Shown in pieces: positions 16,817-25,389 of a stretch of DNA of 25,521 nt. The translations under genes were made by a program, and so were the position numbers. The stretch is from Campylobacterota bacterium. Lineage in GTDB: Bacteria > Campylobacterota > Campylobacteria > Campylobacterales > Sulfurovaceae. The stretch lies in NCBI GenBank assembly GCA_034722955.1, contig JAYEOM010000007.1:1-25521 (forward strand), written 5' to 3'. The notes beneath the pieces were generated by a model, which was not told the origin of the DNA, did no database searches, and worked only from the letters and a program-made list of their open reading frames with translations. Each line of letters opens with the position of its first letter. Positions within the stretch are counted from its first letter, which is position 1.

Positions 16817-16878
16817 GGATAATTTTTATTAACAAGAGAATATTACCCTAGCTACTATAAAAATAAGATAAAAATAGT
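16817..16878 (-). promoter_or_regulatory. ahpC promoter with candidate Fur/PerR operator(s)
   Basis: GGATAAT-T-TTTATTA at 16817-16831 (11/14 to the 7-1-7 Fur box); minus-strand -10-like TAATAT (16845-16840); tandem ATAAAAATA inside ACTAT...ATAGT (16854-16878). Confidence 0.5.
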
Positions 16879-16887
16879 CTACTACTA

Positions 16888-18387
16888 CTATCGACTCAGT
16901 AAATACCGTATACCTACTGCCACACTCATATTTAGGGATTTTCCATCTGCTAATTTGCCACTAGGTAGACTAAACTCTATATATATCAGATCATCGAAGT
17001 CTCTTTTGCCAAAAGTATACTGTAGAGAGAAGATACTGTTCTTGATGCTATATTCAGACTCATAAGAGTTATCTTTGGGAATGAGATAGTTGAAACCACC
17101 TGATAAGCGCCAACTATCACCTATATCATAACGCATATAAAGCTCACTGCCAATACTATCAAAATAGATACCCTGATCATCAGTCATATGATTTTTTGTA
17201 TAGGAGATGAGAGCATTGGCACTGAAATTTTCATGAGTATATATAACTCCGGCTATAGTGGAGAGGTCTGCTCCCTCGATACCCAAATCAACCATTTGAG
17301 CTGTTATATCATTAAATTTCGCATAAGATACGGCAACTCCTGCTCTTATGTCTGACCACCCTTTATAGATAAGGCTTCCGGCTACACCATAATCATAATC
17401 GATATCTATATCACTATGAGCATTATGTTTGTATTGGAGTTGCAGCTTAGCATGAAGATCTTTCCAGTTTGTTTGGATCTGCATAACCTTGTCAGCTCTT
17501 CCTGTACCTGATACACCTCCATCTGTACCAGCATTAAAAGCACCGCTAGCTTGTGATCCAAAAGCCATATAGTGGTCAGTAAAGCCAGCGATATCATAAT
17601 ATGGCGACCATGCTTTTCCTATCAATATAATACTCCTGTCATACTGAAGAGAGAGGTAGCTAAGACGACGGCTAGAGTCTTCTGCATTGGATATATTGAT
17701 GAAAGGTGTGTCGCTATTCCAGCTTACTCCTGCTTCATACTGCAGCATCAACTCGATATCATTGGTAAATTGATAATAGTAGAAAAATCCTCCTCTTGAT
17801 CCTCCATTTCTTAGGCTCAATCCTTTTTCGTCAGCACTACTGGCAAATTGAGGTCTTAGGCTGATATAGAGTTTTGCAGGCAGGAGTGCATCTATCAACA
17901 CTCCATAATATCTATCGTTGAGCTGTTGTCTAGCTATAAAAGCACTTATTGTTGAATTTCGTGCATCTGATTTTGGGATCCTTACAGTATATATAGACCC
18001 TCCATCTATCTGATCTTGGATATCTATACGAAATCGCTCTGCACTATTTTGTCCATGCTCTTGATCTTGATCTTTTACACTCTCCCTCTCTTGTTTGTTG
18101 ACACTATCTGTGAGCTTGATATATCTATTGAGACAGTAATATTTTATCAAATCTTTACGACTCTTTTTCTTGATAGTACTGACAGGGTAACACTTGAGCT
18201 CCTCTCCTTTATATTTAACAAAAAATGTAGGGAAATTTGGAATTGCACTCTGAGTATCAATATTTTCCAATAGCAGGCTTTGACTTTGAGCCATTAGAGG
18301 CAGTATCAATAGAGATAAAAATAATAATCTATGACATTTGTTAAATATAAATATAATACTCTCCCTCCAATAACTCAGCCAAGCCAA
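16888..18387 (-). CDS. Gram-negative porin with long N-terminal extension; start uncertain
   Basis: C-terminal ~330 aa has general-porin features (LRNGGSRGGF, QYEAGVSW, RRLSYLSL, GKAWSPYYDIAGFTD, GTGRAD) and amphipathic beta strands; signal-peptide-like LLFLSLLILPLMA. Confidence 0.8.
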   Translation of the reverse strand: MAWLSYWRESIIFIFNKCHRLLFLSLLILPLMAQSQSLLLENIDTQSAIPNFPTFFVKYKGEELKCYPVSTIKKKSRKDLIKYYCLNRYIKLTDSVNKQERESVKDQDQEHGQNSAERFRIDIQDQIDGGSIYTVRIPKSDARNSTISAFIARQQLNDRYYGVLIDALLPAKLYISLRPQFASSADEKGLSLRNGGSRGGFFYYYQFTNDIELMLQYEAGVSWNSDTPFINISNAEDSSRRLSYLSLQYDRSIILIGKAWSPYYDIAGFTDHYMAFGSQASGAFNAGTDGGVSGTGRADKVMQIQTNWKDLHAKLQLQYKHNAHSDIDIDYDYGVAGSLIYKGWSDIRAGVAVSYAKFNDITAQMVDLGIEGADLSTIAGVIYTHENFSANALISYTKNHMTDDQGIYFDSIGSELYMRYDIGDSWRLSGGFNYLIPKDNSYESEYSIKNSIFSLQYTFGKRDFDDLIYIEFSLPSGKLADGKSLNMSVAVGIRYLLSR

Positions 18388-18622
18388 AAAATATAAAAAT
18401 TTATCCCCGAATTATGCAATATAATTGCTAAAAGTGCTATTATGCATAAGTATATAAAAGTGATTTCTTCGTGTTATAATACAAAGAAATAGATTGAAAT
18501 TTGATTTACTTTTTGATTATACTCGTTTGGGCTTAAAGTGCTATCGCGAGAGAAGAGAAATTGTGCAAGGAGAGCATTTGGTATATTACTTTTGAAAGAT
18601 TAAAATTAAATATACCAGCTTT

Positions 18623-18631
18623 TGATATAAT
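18623..18631 (+). promoter_or_regulatory. Extended -10 promoter for pabA/trpG; a second TGnTATAAT lies at 18472-18480
   Basis: TGATATAAT about 100 nt upstream of the ATG; SD GAGGAG at 18719-18724. Confidence 0.55.
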
Positions 18632-18734
18632 ACAAGCACAATTTTAGATGTATATATTTAGTCAGAAGAGACTAAAAAACCTATCAACATAAAGAAGCTC
18701 TGCAATATAGGGCTTTGTGAGGAGATTATAACTA

Positions 18735-19304
18735 ATGGTATTAATGATAGACAATTATGACAGTTTTACATACAATGTAGTTCAGTACTGCAAAGAGCTT
18801 GGGGCAGAGCTGAGGGTCATCCGCAATGATGAGATGAGCGTAGAGGAGATCAAAGCACTCCATCCGGACAAGATCATACTCTCACCGGGACCCGCTACGC
18901 CTGATGATGCCGGGGTGACACTAGATGTGATCCGTGAGTTTGCGGATACTACACCGATATTTGGTATATGTCTAGGACATCAGAGTATCGCTCAAGCCTT
19001 TGGCGGAGAGGTGATCCGTGCAAAAAACATGATGCATGGCAAAACTTCACAAGTCAAAGTAGATGAGGATACAGTTGTATTCAAGGATTTGCCGGATGAG
19101 TTTCGAGCGACACGCTACCACTCCCTCACTGTCAACCAAACCAACCTCCCCGATACCATCATCCCCACAGCTCACAGTCTTGATGACAACGAAATAATGG
19201 CTCTCAAGGTCAAAGATAGAGATATCTATGGAGTACAGTTCCATCCAGAGTCTATCATGAGCGAATATGGACATGAGATGTTGGATAATTTTTTGAAGTT
19301 ATAA
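18735..19304 (+). CDS. pabA: Aminodeoxychorismate/anthranilate synthase component II (glutamine amidotransferase, PabA/TrpG)
   Basis: IDNYDSFTYN, LSPGP, GICLGHQ, RYHSL, GVQFHPES. pabA and trpG cannot be told apart here. Confidence 0.9.
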   Translation: MVLMIDNYDSFTYNVVQYCKELGAELRVIRNDEMSVEEIKALHPDKIILSPGPATPDDAGVTLDVIREFADTTPIFGICLGHQSIAQAFGGEVIRAKNMMHGKTSQVKVDEDTVVFKDLPDEFRATRYHSLTVNQTNLPDTIIPTAHSLDDNEIMALKVKDRDIYGVQFHPESIMSEYGHEMLDNFLKL

Positions 19305-19306
19305 AA

Positions 19307-20098
19307 ATGAAATTAATCACCCAACTACTAGACCTCGCCTCTCACTCAAATACCCTCAATAAAAGACAGTTTGAACTTCTAGGAGTATCATATCCACCTA
19401 GTGATGGGTGGCGAGATGATGTTATGGGCATGGAGATGAGTGTAGGGGATGTCAATTTGCTTGTTATGCTTAGAGGAGAGTTATCCATAAGAGCTCAAAA
19501 GCAGATAGCAAGTAACTACAGAGTGCTTACAGAGTTTCACAATCCCAAAGAGAGGAGAGAGAGCAAATCCAAAGAGCCAAAAAATTCATCTAACTTCAGC
19601 AGCCTAGAGATATATTGTGATGGGGCTTGCAAGGGCAACCCTGGCAAGGCTGGCAGTGGATTGGCTATTTATGGGGCAGACAAGAGCAGACCAACACTAC
19701 TGTATGGAGAGTTTGAGCCAAGGGGTACTAACAATACGGCAGAGTTAAATGCACTCTATAAGGCACTGCTGATAGCTAGTGAGTATATAGATAGTGGCAA
19801 TATAACTATACTAAGTGACTCAAAGTATAGTATAGATTGCATCACCAAGTGGGCTTATGGGTGGAAGAGAAATGGATGGAAGAAGAAGAGTGGAGAGATA
19901 AAGAACCTAGAGATCATAAAGCTAGCCCACGAACTATACGATAAGATCAAAGAGTCTATCACCATCAAACATGTCAAAGGTCATTCAGGCATAGAGGGTA
20001 ATGAGCTAGCAGATCGTATGGCGGTGTTGGCCATCAAACGACAAGAGACTCAATACAGAGAGCGTGACTATAAGAACATAGATGAGATACTGCATTGA
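19307..20098 (+). CDS. rnhA: Ribonuclease HI with an extra ~95-aa N-terminal region
   Basis: YCDGACKGNPG, TNNTAEL, SDSKY, HVKGHSGIEGNELAD: complete D-E-D-H-D catalytic set. Confidence 0.9.
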   Translation: MKLITQLLDLASHSNTLNKRQFELLGVSYPPSDGWRDDVMGMEMSVGDVNLLVMLRGELSIRAQKQIASNYRVLTEFHNPKERRESKSKEPKNSSNFSSLEIYCDGACKGNPGKAGSGLAIYGADKSRPTLLYGEFEPRGTNNTAELNALYKALLIASEYIDSGNITILSDSKYSIDCITKWAYGWKRNGWKKKSGEIKNLEIIKLAHELYDKIKESITIKHVKGHSGIEGNELADRMAVLAIKRQETQYRERDYKNIDEILH

Positions 20099-21180
20099 AT
20101 AAAACTCTATTCTATATATTTGCATCTATCTATCTCATAGCAATCCTCTATTTGGCTTGGAGTACACCTATCAGTCCTCATGAGGCGAAGATATTTTATA
20201 GTGAAGATGATATAGTTAATTTTTTGATGCATAGCGGATATGATCTATTGGGTGGATTTTTTGGTTTACGGTTATTTTTTATTATCATTGGGTTTATATC
20301 TATTCTGCTCTACTTTCAAATGAGCAGAGTCTACATGAGCAAAAAAAGTGATGTATATTTATCAACAGCTATCTATATGCTTCTTCCGGGGATTATAACT
20401 GCTTTAGTTTTGGCAAACATATCTATAGTTGTGATACCTCTAGTGCTGCTTTATATATTGGCATACAGTAGAGAGTGGTTTTGGCCTCAAGCACTACTGA
20501 TGTTTTTTATATTTCTTATCCATGATGCCTCAGTGATTTTTTTTGTTGCTATTCTCCTCTATGCATTGATACATAAAAAGATAACCTTGACACTGCTTTC
20601 GGGCTTTTTTCTATCACTATTTATATGGATCGATCGGGGTGTCGAGATAGGCGGAAGACCCTCAGGGCATTTTGCAGATATGTTTGGTCTCTATGCAGCA
20701 CTCTTTTCACCACTGGTTTTCATCTATTTTTTCTACACTATGTATAGAATACTGCTTCGCGAAGATAAAAACATACTCTGGTATATCTCATTTGTCGCAC
20801 TGCTTGCCTCTCTGATACTCTCTGTGAGGCAACGCATTATTGTTACAGATTTTGCACCTTATGTCATCATCTCTGTTGTCTTGATGCTTGATACCTTTAA
20901 CAAAAGCCTGCGTATACGGCTACCTGAATATCAAAAGTGGTATCGGGTAGGATTTTATATAGTGATATCTGTTTTGATGATCACATCTCTAACCACTATT
21001 TTTCATAAAGCCCTCTTCTCTCTTATGAAAAATCCCAAAAAGCATTTTGCTGCCAGGATATATGAACCATATTGGCTCTCAAGTAGACTCAAAAAACAGA
21101 ATATTGAGTGTTATGACGCTCCAAATATTCGTATTGCAAATCAACTATATTTTTATGGTATCAAACAATGTCAAAAGTAA
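20095..21180 (+). CDS. Polytopic membrane protein, ArnT/PMT (GT-C fold) glycosyltransferase-like
   Basis: About 10 hydrophobic helices; acidic residue in the first loop (SPHEA); TTG start overlapping the rnhA stop. Confidence 0.65.
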   Translation: MNKTLFYIFASIYLIAILYLAWSTPISPHEAKIFYSEDDIVNFLMHSGYDLLGGFFGLRLFFIIIGFISILLYFQMSRVYMSKKSDVYLSTAIYMLLPGIITALVLANISIVVIPLVLLYILAYSREWFWPQALLMFFIFLIHDASVIFFVAILLYALIHKKITLTLLSGFFLSLFIWIDRGVEIGGRPSGHFADMFGLYAALFSPLVFIYFFYTMYRILLREDKNILWYISFVALLASLILSVRQRIIVTDFAPYVIISVVLMLDTFNKSLRIRLPEYQKWYRVGFYIVISVLMITSLTTIFHKALFSLMKNPKKHFAARIYEPYWLSSRLKKQNIECYDAPNIRIANQLYFYGIKQCQK

Positions 21181-21255
21181 TCTTTGATCTCTCTATAAAC
21201 TGTTTCCAAAATACACAATTTGTCAATTAGCATTTCATTAATTTTGCAACTTATA

Positions 21256-21308
21256 GTTAAGTTTAACACTCATAATGTAAAATAGCGTAACTCATTAAAC
21301 AAAAGGAG
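21256..21308 (+). promoter_or_regulatory. aclBA promoter and SD
   Basis: TTAAGT (21257-21262) within the palindrome GTTAA-GT-TTAAC; TAAAAT at 21278-21283; AAGGAG at 21303-21308. Confidence 0.55.
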
Positions 21309-21314
21309 AACTCG

Positions 21315-22658
21315 ATGGCTCAAAAGGCGATTAGAGAATATGACGCAAAGTCAATTTTAGCAAAACATTGGGATAAGTATTTCCCAGACTTTACTTATGC
21401 TTACGAAACGGTAATGGTACACAATGGATCAGAACTCAAAGAGGAAGCAAAAACTAAAACTTGGTTAAATGAAAAAACATTGGTTGCAAAACCAGATATG
21501 CTATTTGGTAAAAGAGGTATGAATGATTTGGTTCTCTTTAGAGATGCCAAGCCTGGTGATGTATCTTTGGCAAAAGCTTCAAGCTGGATAGATGAGAAGT
21601 CATCTTCTGAGCAGAAGGTTTATTTCTCGTTTGATGGTGACACTCCTACTGGTGAGCCAAGTGTAGATATGCTAACTAATTTCATAGTTGAGCCGTTTAC
21701 TCCACATGAGCAGTCTGAAGAGTATTATGTATCAGCTACTTGTGTAGGTGATGATGATGTTATCTATATGTCAGCTGAGGGTGGTATCGCTATTGAAGAG
21801 AACTGGGATGAGAAAGTTAATGAAGTAGCTTTCCCTATCACAGCAACTGAAGATGAGATCGCTGCAGGAATCAAAGCAAATGTACCTAGCGATGTTGCAG
21901 ATAAAGACAAAGAGGCATTTGCTGAATTTTGTATCGGTTTCTTTAAGGCATACCGTGAACTTAACTTCGCATATCTTGAAATCAACCCATTTGTAATGCA
22001 AGGCAACAAGATAGAGCTTCTTGATATGGTTGCAAAACTAGATGATACTGCTGGATTTATGATGGTAGAGGAGTGGGGTGATGTTGAGTATCCTACTGCA
22101 TTTGGTATGGAAGCTAAGTCTCCAGAAGTTGAAGCTATAGAAGAGGCTGATGCAAAAACAGGTGCTTCTCTTAAGCTTACTCTACTCAAACCAGAAGCTC
22201 GTATCTGGACAATGGTAGCTGGTGGTGGTGCTTCAGTTGTGTATGCTGATACTATTGCGGATATGGCTGGCATCGATGACCTTGCTAACTATGGTGAGTA
22301 TAGTGGTGGACCAACAACTGGTGAGACTAAGTTCTATGCAGAGACACTACTTGACCTAATGACTAGAGAGAAAGATCCTCAAGGTCGTGGTAAAGTGATG
22401 ATTATTGGTGGAGCTATTGCTAACTTTACTGATGTTGCTAAAACATTTACAGGTATCATCCAAGCATTTGAAGTATATGCTGACAAGATGAAAGAGGTTG
22501 ATCTCAAAATATTCGTTCGTCGTGGTGGACCAAACTACGAAAAAGGGCTTAAAGATATCAAAGAGGCAGCTGATAGACTAGGTCTATATATTGAAGTTTA
22601 TGGACCAGAGACTCATGTTACAGACATCGTTCGTATGGCACTAGAGGGAGATAAATAA
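21315..22658 (+). CDS. aclB: ATP citrate lyase beta subunit (reverse TCA cycle)
   Basis: MAQKAIREYDAK, VAKPDMLFGKRG, YLEINP, IWTMVAGGGASVVYADT, NYGEYSG, RRGGPNY. Confidence 0.97.
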   Translation: MAQKAIREYDAKSILAKHWDKYFPDFTYAYETVMVHNGSELKEEAKTKTWLNEKTLVAKPDMLFGKRGMNDLVLFRDAKPGDVSLAKASSWIDEKSSSEQKVYFSFDGDTPTGEPSVDMLTNFIVEPFTPHEQSEEYYVSATCVGDDDVIYMSAEGGIAIEENWDEKVNEVAFPITATEDEIAAGIKANVPSDVADKDKEAFAEFCIGFFKAYRELNFAYLEINPFVMQGNKIELLDMVAKLDDTAGFMMVEEWGDVEYPTAFGMEAKSPEVEAIEEADAKTGASLKLTLLKPEARIWTMVAGGGASVVYADTIADMAGIDDLANYGEYSGGPTTGETKFYAETLLDLMTREKDPQGRGKVMIIGGAIANFTDVAKTFTGIIQAFEVYADKMKEVDLKIFVRRGGPNYEKGLKDIKEAADRLGLYIEVYGPETHVTDIVRMALEGDK

Positions 22659-24460
22659 TGGAACAACTATATACAAAAAGCACACAAGCTATTTTTTGGA
22701 ATAACAACAAAACTGCAATTCAGAGAATGTTAGATTATGACTATACGATTCAAAGAGAGACTCCTTCGGTAGCTGCTATTGTAGCTCCAACATCAAACAA
22801 CAAATTTGATAAGTTCTTCTTTGGTCCTGATGAAGTGATGATTCCACTCTTTAAGACTACAGCAGAGGCAAAAGCTGCACAGCCACAAGCTGATGTTCTA
22901 CTTAACTTTGCATCTTTTAGAACAGCGTATGATGTTACTATGGAAGCACTTGAAGTTGGTGGTTTCTCATCTATGATGATCACTGCTGAGGGTATCCCTG
23001 AGAGACTAGCAAGAGGTATGAACCAAACAGCTAGAGAGAAAAATGTAGTTATCATCGGTCCTGCAACTGTTGGTGCTATCACTCCAGGTGCGTTTAAAGT
23101 AGCAAATATTGGTGGTACTATTACTAATATTGTTAACTCTAAACTTCACCGTGCAGGCTCTTGTGGTCTTGTAACTCGTTCAGGTGGACTATTTAACGAA
23201 CTCTCAAACATCATCTCTATCAATGCTGATGGTATTGCTGAAGGTGTTGCTATTGGTGGAGATAGATTTGTTGGATCTGTATTTATCGACAATATGCTAA
23301 GAATGGAAAAAAATCCAGCTGTTAAGTATATGATTCTCCTAGGAGAAGTTGGTGGTACTGAAGAGTATAAAGTCATCGAAGCTATCAAATCAGGTGCTAT
23401 TACTAAACCAGTTATCGCTTGGTGTATCGGTACGATTGCTAAACACTACGATAGTGGTGTTCAATTTGGTCACGCTGGAGCTTCTGCAAACGCAGAGAGT
23501 GAAACAGCGGAGTATAAAAACAACGCTATGAGAGAAGCTGGTATCCATGTACCAAATTCATTCAATGAACTTCCAGCTATGATCAATAAAGTATTTACAG
23601 ATATGAATTTGGCTGAGATTCCTGAGCCAGATATGAGCGTATGCCCAACAGTTAGAAGATCTAAAGAGTTTATCTGTACTATCTCTGATGATAGAGGCGA
23701 AGAGGCGACTTATGCTGGATTCCCTATCTCATCTGTAGCTACACCTGCTACTGGTAAAGGCATAGGTGATGTTATTGCACTTCTATGGTTCAAAAAACAG
23801 TATCCAAAATGGGCTACTGAGTTCATCGAAACTGTTATCAAAACTGTAGCAGACCACGGACCTGCTGTTTCTGGAGCACACAATGCCAAAGTAACTGCAA
23901 GAGCTGGTAAGAGTGTTGTTGAATCACTCGTAACTGGTCTTCTTACTATTGGTCCAAGATTTGGTGGTGCTATTGATGGTGCTGCAGAGCATTTCAAATA
24001 CGCAGATGATAATGGTCTTACTCCAAAAGAGTTCCTAGGTCATATGAAAAAACAAGGTATACCAATCCCAGGTATCGGTCACCGTATCAAATCCCTCAAA
24101 AACCCAGACCTTAGAGTAACAGGTCTTATGGATTTTGCAGCAGAGAATTTCCCTGCGACACCACTTCTTGACTATGCAAGAACTGTTGAAGCATTGACAA
24201 CAAGCAAAAAAGAGAACCTTATCCTCAATGTTGATGGAACAATAGGTATCTTAATGGTAGATATGTGGAGAGCCCTAGGCTACGAAGAGGATGAGATAAA
24301 TGAGTTCATCGCTTCAGGTACTCTAAACGCATTCTTCATCGTTGGTAGAAGCATCGGTTTCATCGGTCATGTACTTGATGAGAAGAGACTTGCTATGCCT
24401 ATGTACCGTCACCCAATGGATGATGTACTTTATGATGTACAGGTGGCAGAAGAGGTTTAA
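22658..24460 (+). CDS. aclA: ATP citrate lyase alpha subunit
   Basis: IQRMLDYDY, NFASFR, IIGPATVG, QFGHAGA (phospho-His), DHGPAVSGAHN, GIGHRIKS, NLILNVDG. Confidence 0.97.
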   Translation: MEQLYTKSTQAIFWNNNKTAIQRMLDYDYTIQRETPSVAAIVAPTSNNKFDKFFFGPDEVMIPLFKTTAEAKAAQPQADVLLNFASFRTAYDVTMEALEVGGFSSMMITAEGIPERLARGMNQTAREKNVVIIGPATVGAITPGAFKVANIGGTITNIVNSKLHRAGSCGLVTRSGGLFNELSNIISINADGIAEGVAIGGDRFVGSVFIDNMLRMEKNPAVKYMILLGEVGGTEEYKVIEAIKSGAITKPVIAWCIGTIAKHYDSGVQFGHAGASANAESETAEYKNNAMREAGIHVPNSFNELPAMINKVFTDMNLAEIPEPDMSVCPTVRRSKEFICTISDDRGEEATYAGFPISSVATPATGKGIGDVIALLWFKKQYPKWATEFIETVIKTVADHGPAVSGAHNAKVTARAGKSVVESLVTGLLTIGPRFGGAIDGAAEHFKYADDNGLTPKEFLGHMKKQGIPIPGIGHRIKSLKNPDLRVTGLMDFAAENFPATPLLDYARTVEALTTSKKENLILNVDGTIGILMVDMWRALGYEEDEINEFIASGTLNAFFIVGRSIGFIGHVLDEKRLAMPMYRHPMDDVLYDVQVAEEV

Positions 24461-24481
24461 TTCTCTCCTGTCCTGCTATAC

Positions 24482-24511
24482 CTCCTGAGCCTCTTGGCTT
24501 GGGAGAGTTTT
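24482..24511 (+). terminator. Probable intrinsic terminator after aclA
   Basis: CTCCTGAGCC-TCTT-GGCTTGGGAG 10-bp stem (two G-U pairs) followed by AGTTTT. Confidence 0.6.
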
Positions 24512-24537
24512 AATTGTAACTATAATAATTTAAGAAA

Positions 24538-25379
24538 TTATTTCACTCTCTTCTCCTGCCACAAAATCACCCCTATCAATATCAATCCATAGATAATCTG
24601 TCTCATATTAGCAGCAATATTATCAGGCAAACCTACAAAGCGTAATATCTCAGGAAGCAACACCATAAAAGCAGAAGCCAAAAAAGCCCCCCTAAGAGAG
24701 CCTAAACCTCCAATGATAACAATAGAGAGTATATAGATAGACTCATCAACTGTAAAGCTTGTAGGGTCTATATATGAGATATAGTGAGCATACAAAACCC
24801 CTGCTATAGAGGCTATAGATGCAGAGATGACAAAAACTTCTATTTTCATCTTTTTTACATCTTTACCTAATGATTTCATATAGATTTCATCTTCTTTAAT
24901 GCCTTTGAGGTTCAGAGCATAATGAGATTTTGAAAAGTTATAAAGTATGTAGTAGATAGATGATGCGATACCTATAGAAAAGAGCATAAAGCTAAGATTG
25001 TTTGGGAGAAATGAAAAACTCTCTATCCCTACTATCCCAAGTGGTCCATTGGTAATATCTGTAAGATTATTCATTAATGAATAGATGATTATCTGTATTC
25101 CTAAAGTAACTACTACAAAATAATCCTCATAAGTCCTCAGAACTATAAATGAGATAAGATAAGCTAGTATAGCCGTTATAATCATAGCAATAGGGAAATT
25201 TAATAATGGTGGTACTCCATAATGCTGACTAAGTAGAGCAGTGGTATAAGCACCAATCCCATAAAACCCTGCGTGAGAGAGTGAAAGCAGTCCTGTATAT
25301 CCTGAAAATAGGTTGAGGGGCTACTAGCTAGTATCGTGTAGAGTGCGATAAAGGTGATAAGGTGGTATGCGTAATCCAT
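24538..25379 (-). pseudogene. livM: Branched-chain amino acid ABC transporter permease (LivM-like), frameshifted near codon 20
   Basis: ATG 25379 with GGAGG SD gives MDYAYHLITFIALYTILASS. After removing 2 nt of the C4 run (25317-25320) it continues LNLFSGYTGLLSLSHAGFYGIGAY into the 215-aa ORF (TNGPLGI, IGGLGSLRG, LLPEILRF). Confidence 0.85.
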
Positions 25380-25389
25380 CTATAGCCTC

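Noticed and set aside
3158..23997. Many short alternative ORFs in the track (e.g. 3158-3415, 7047-7316, 12692-13018, 14940-15287, 21764-22273, 22750-23082)
   Set aside because: They are antisense or out-of-frame shadows of well-supported genes, with no motifs or SD.
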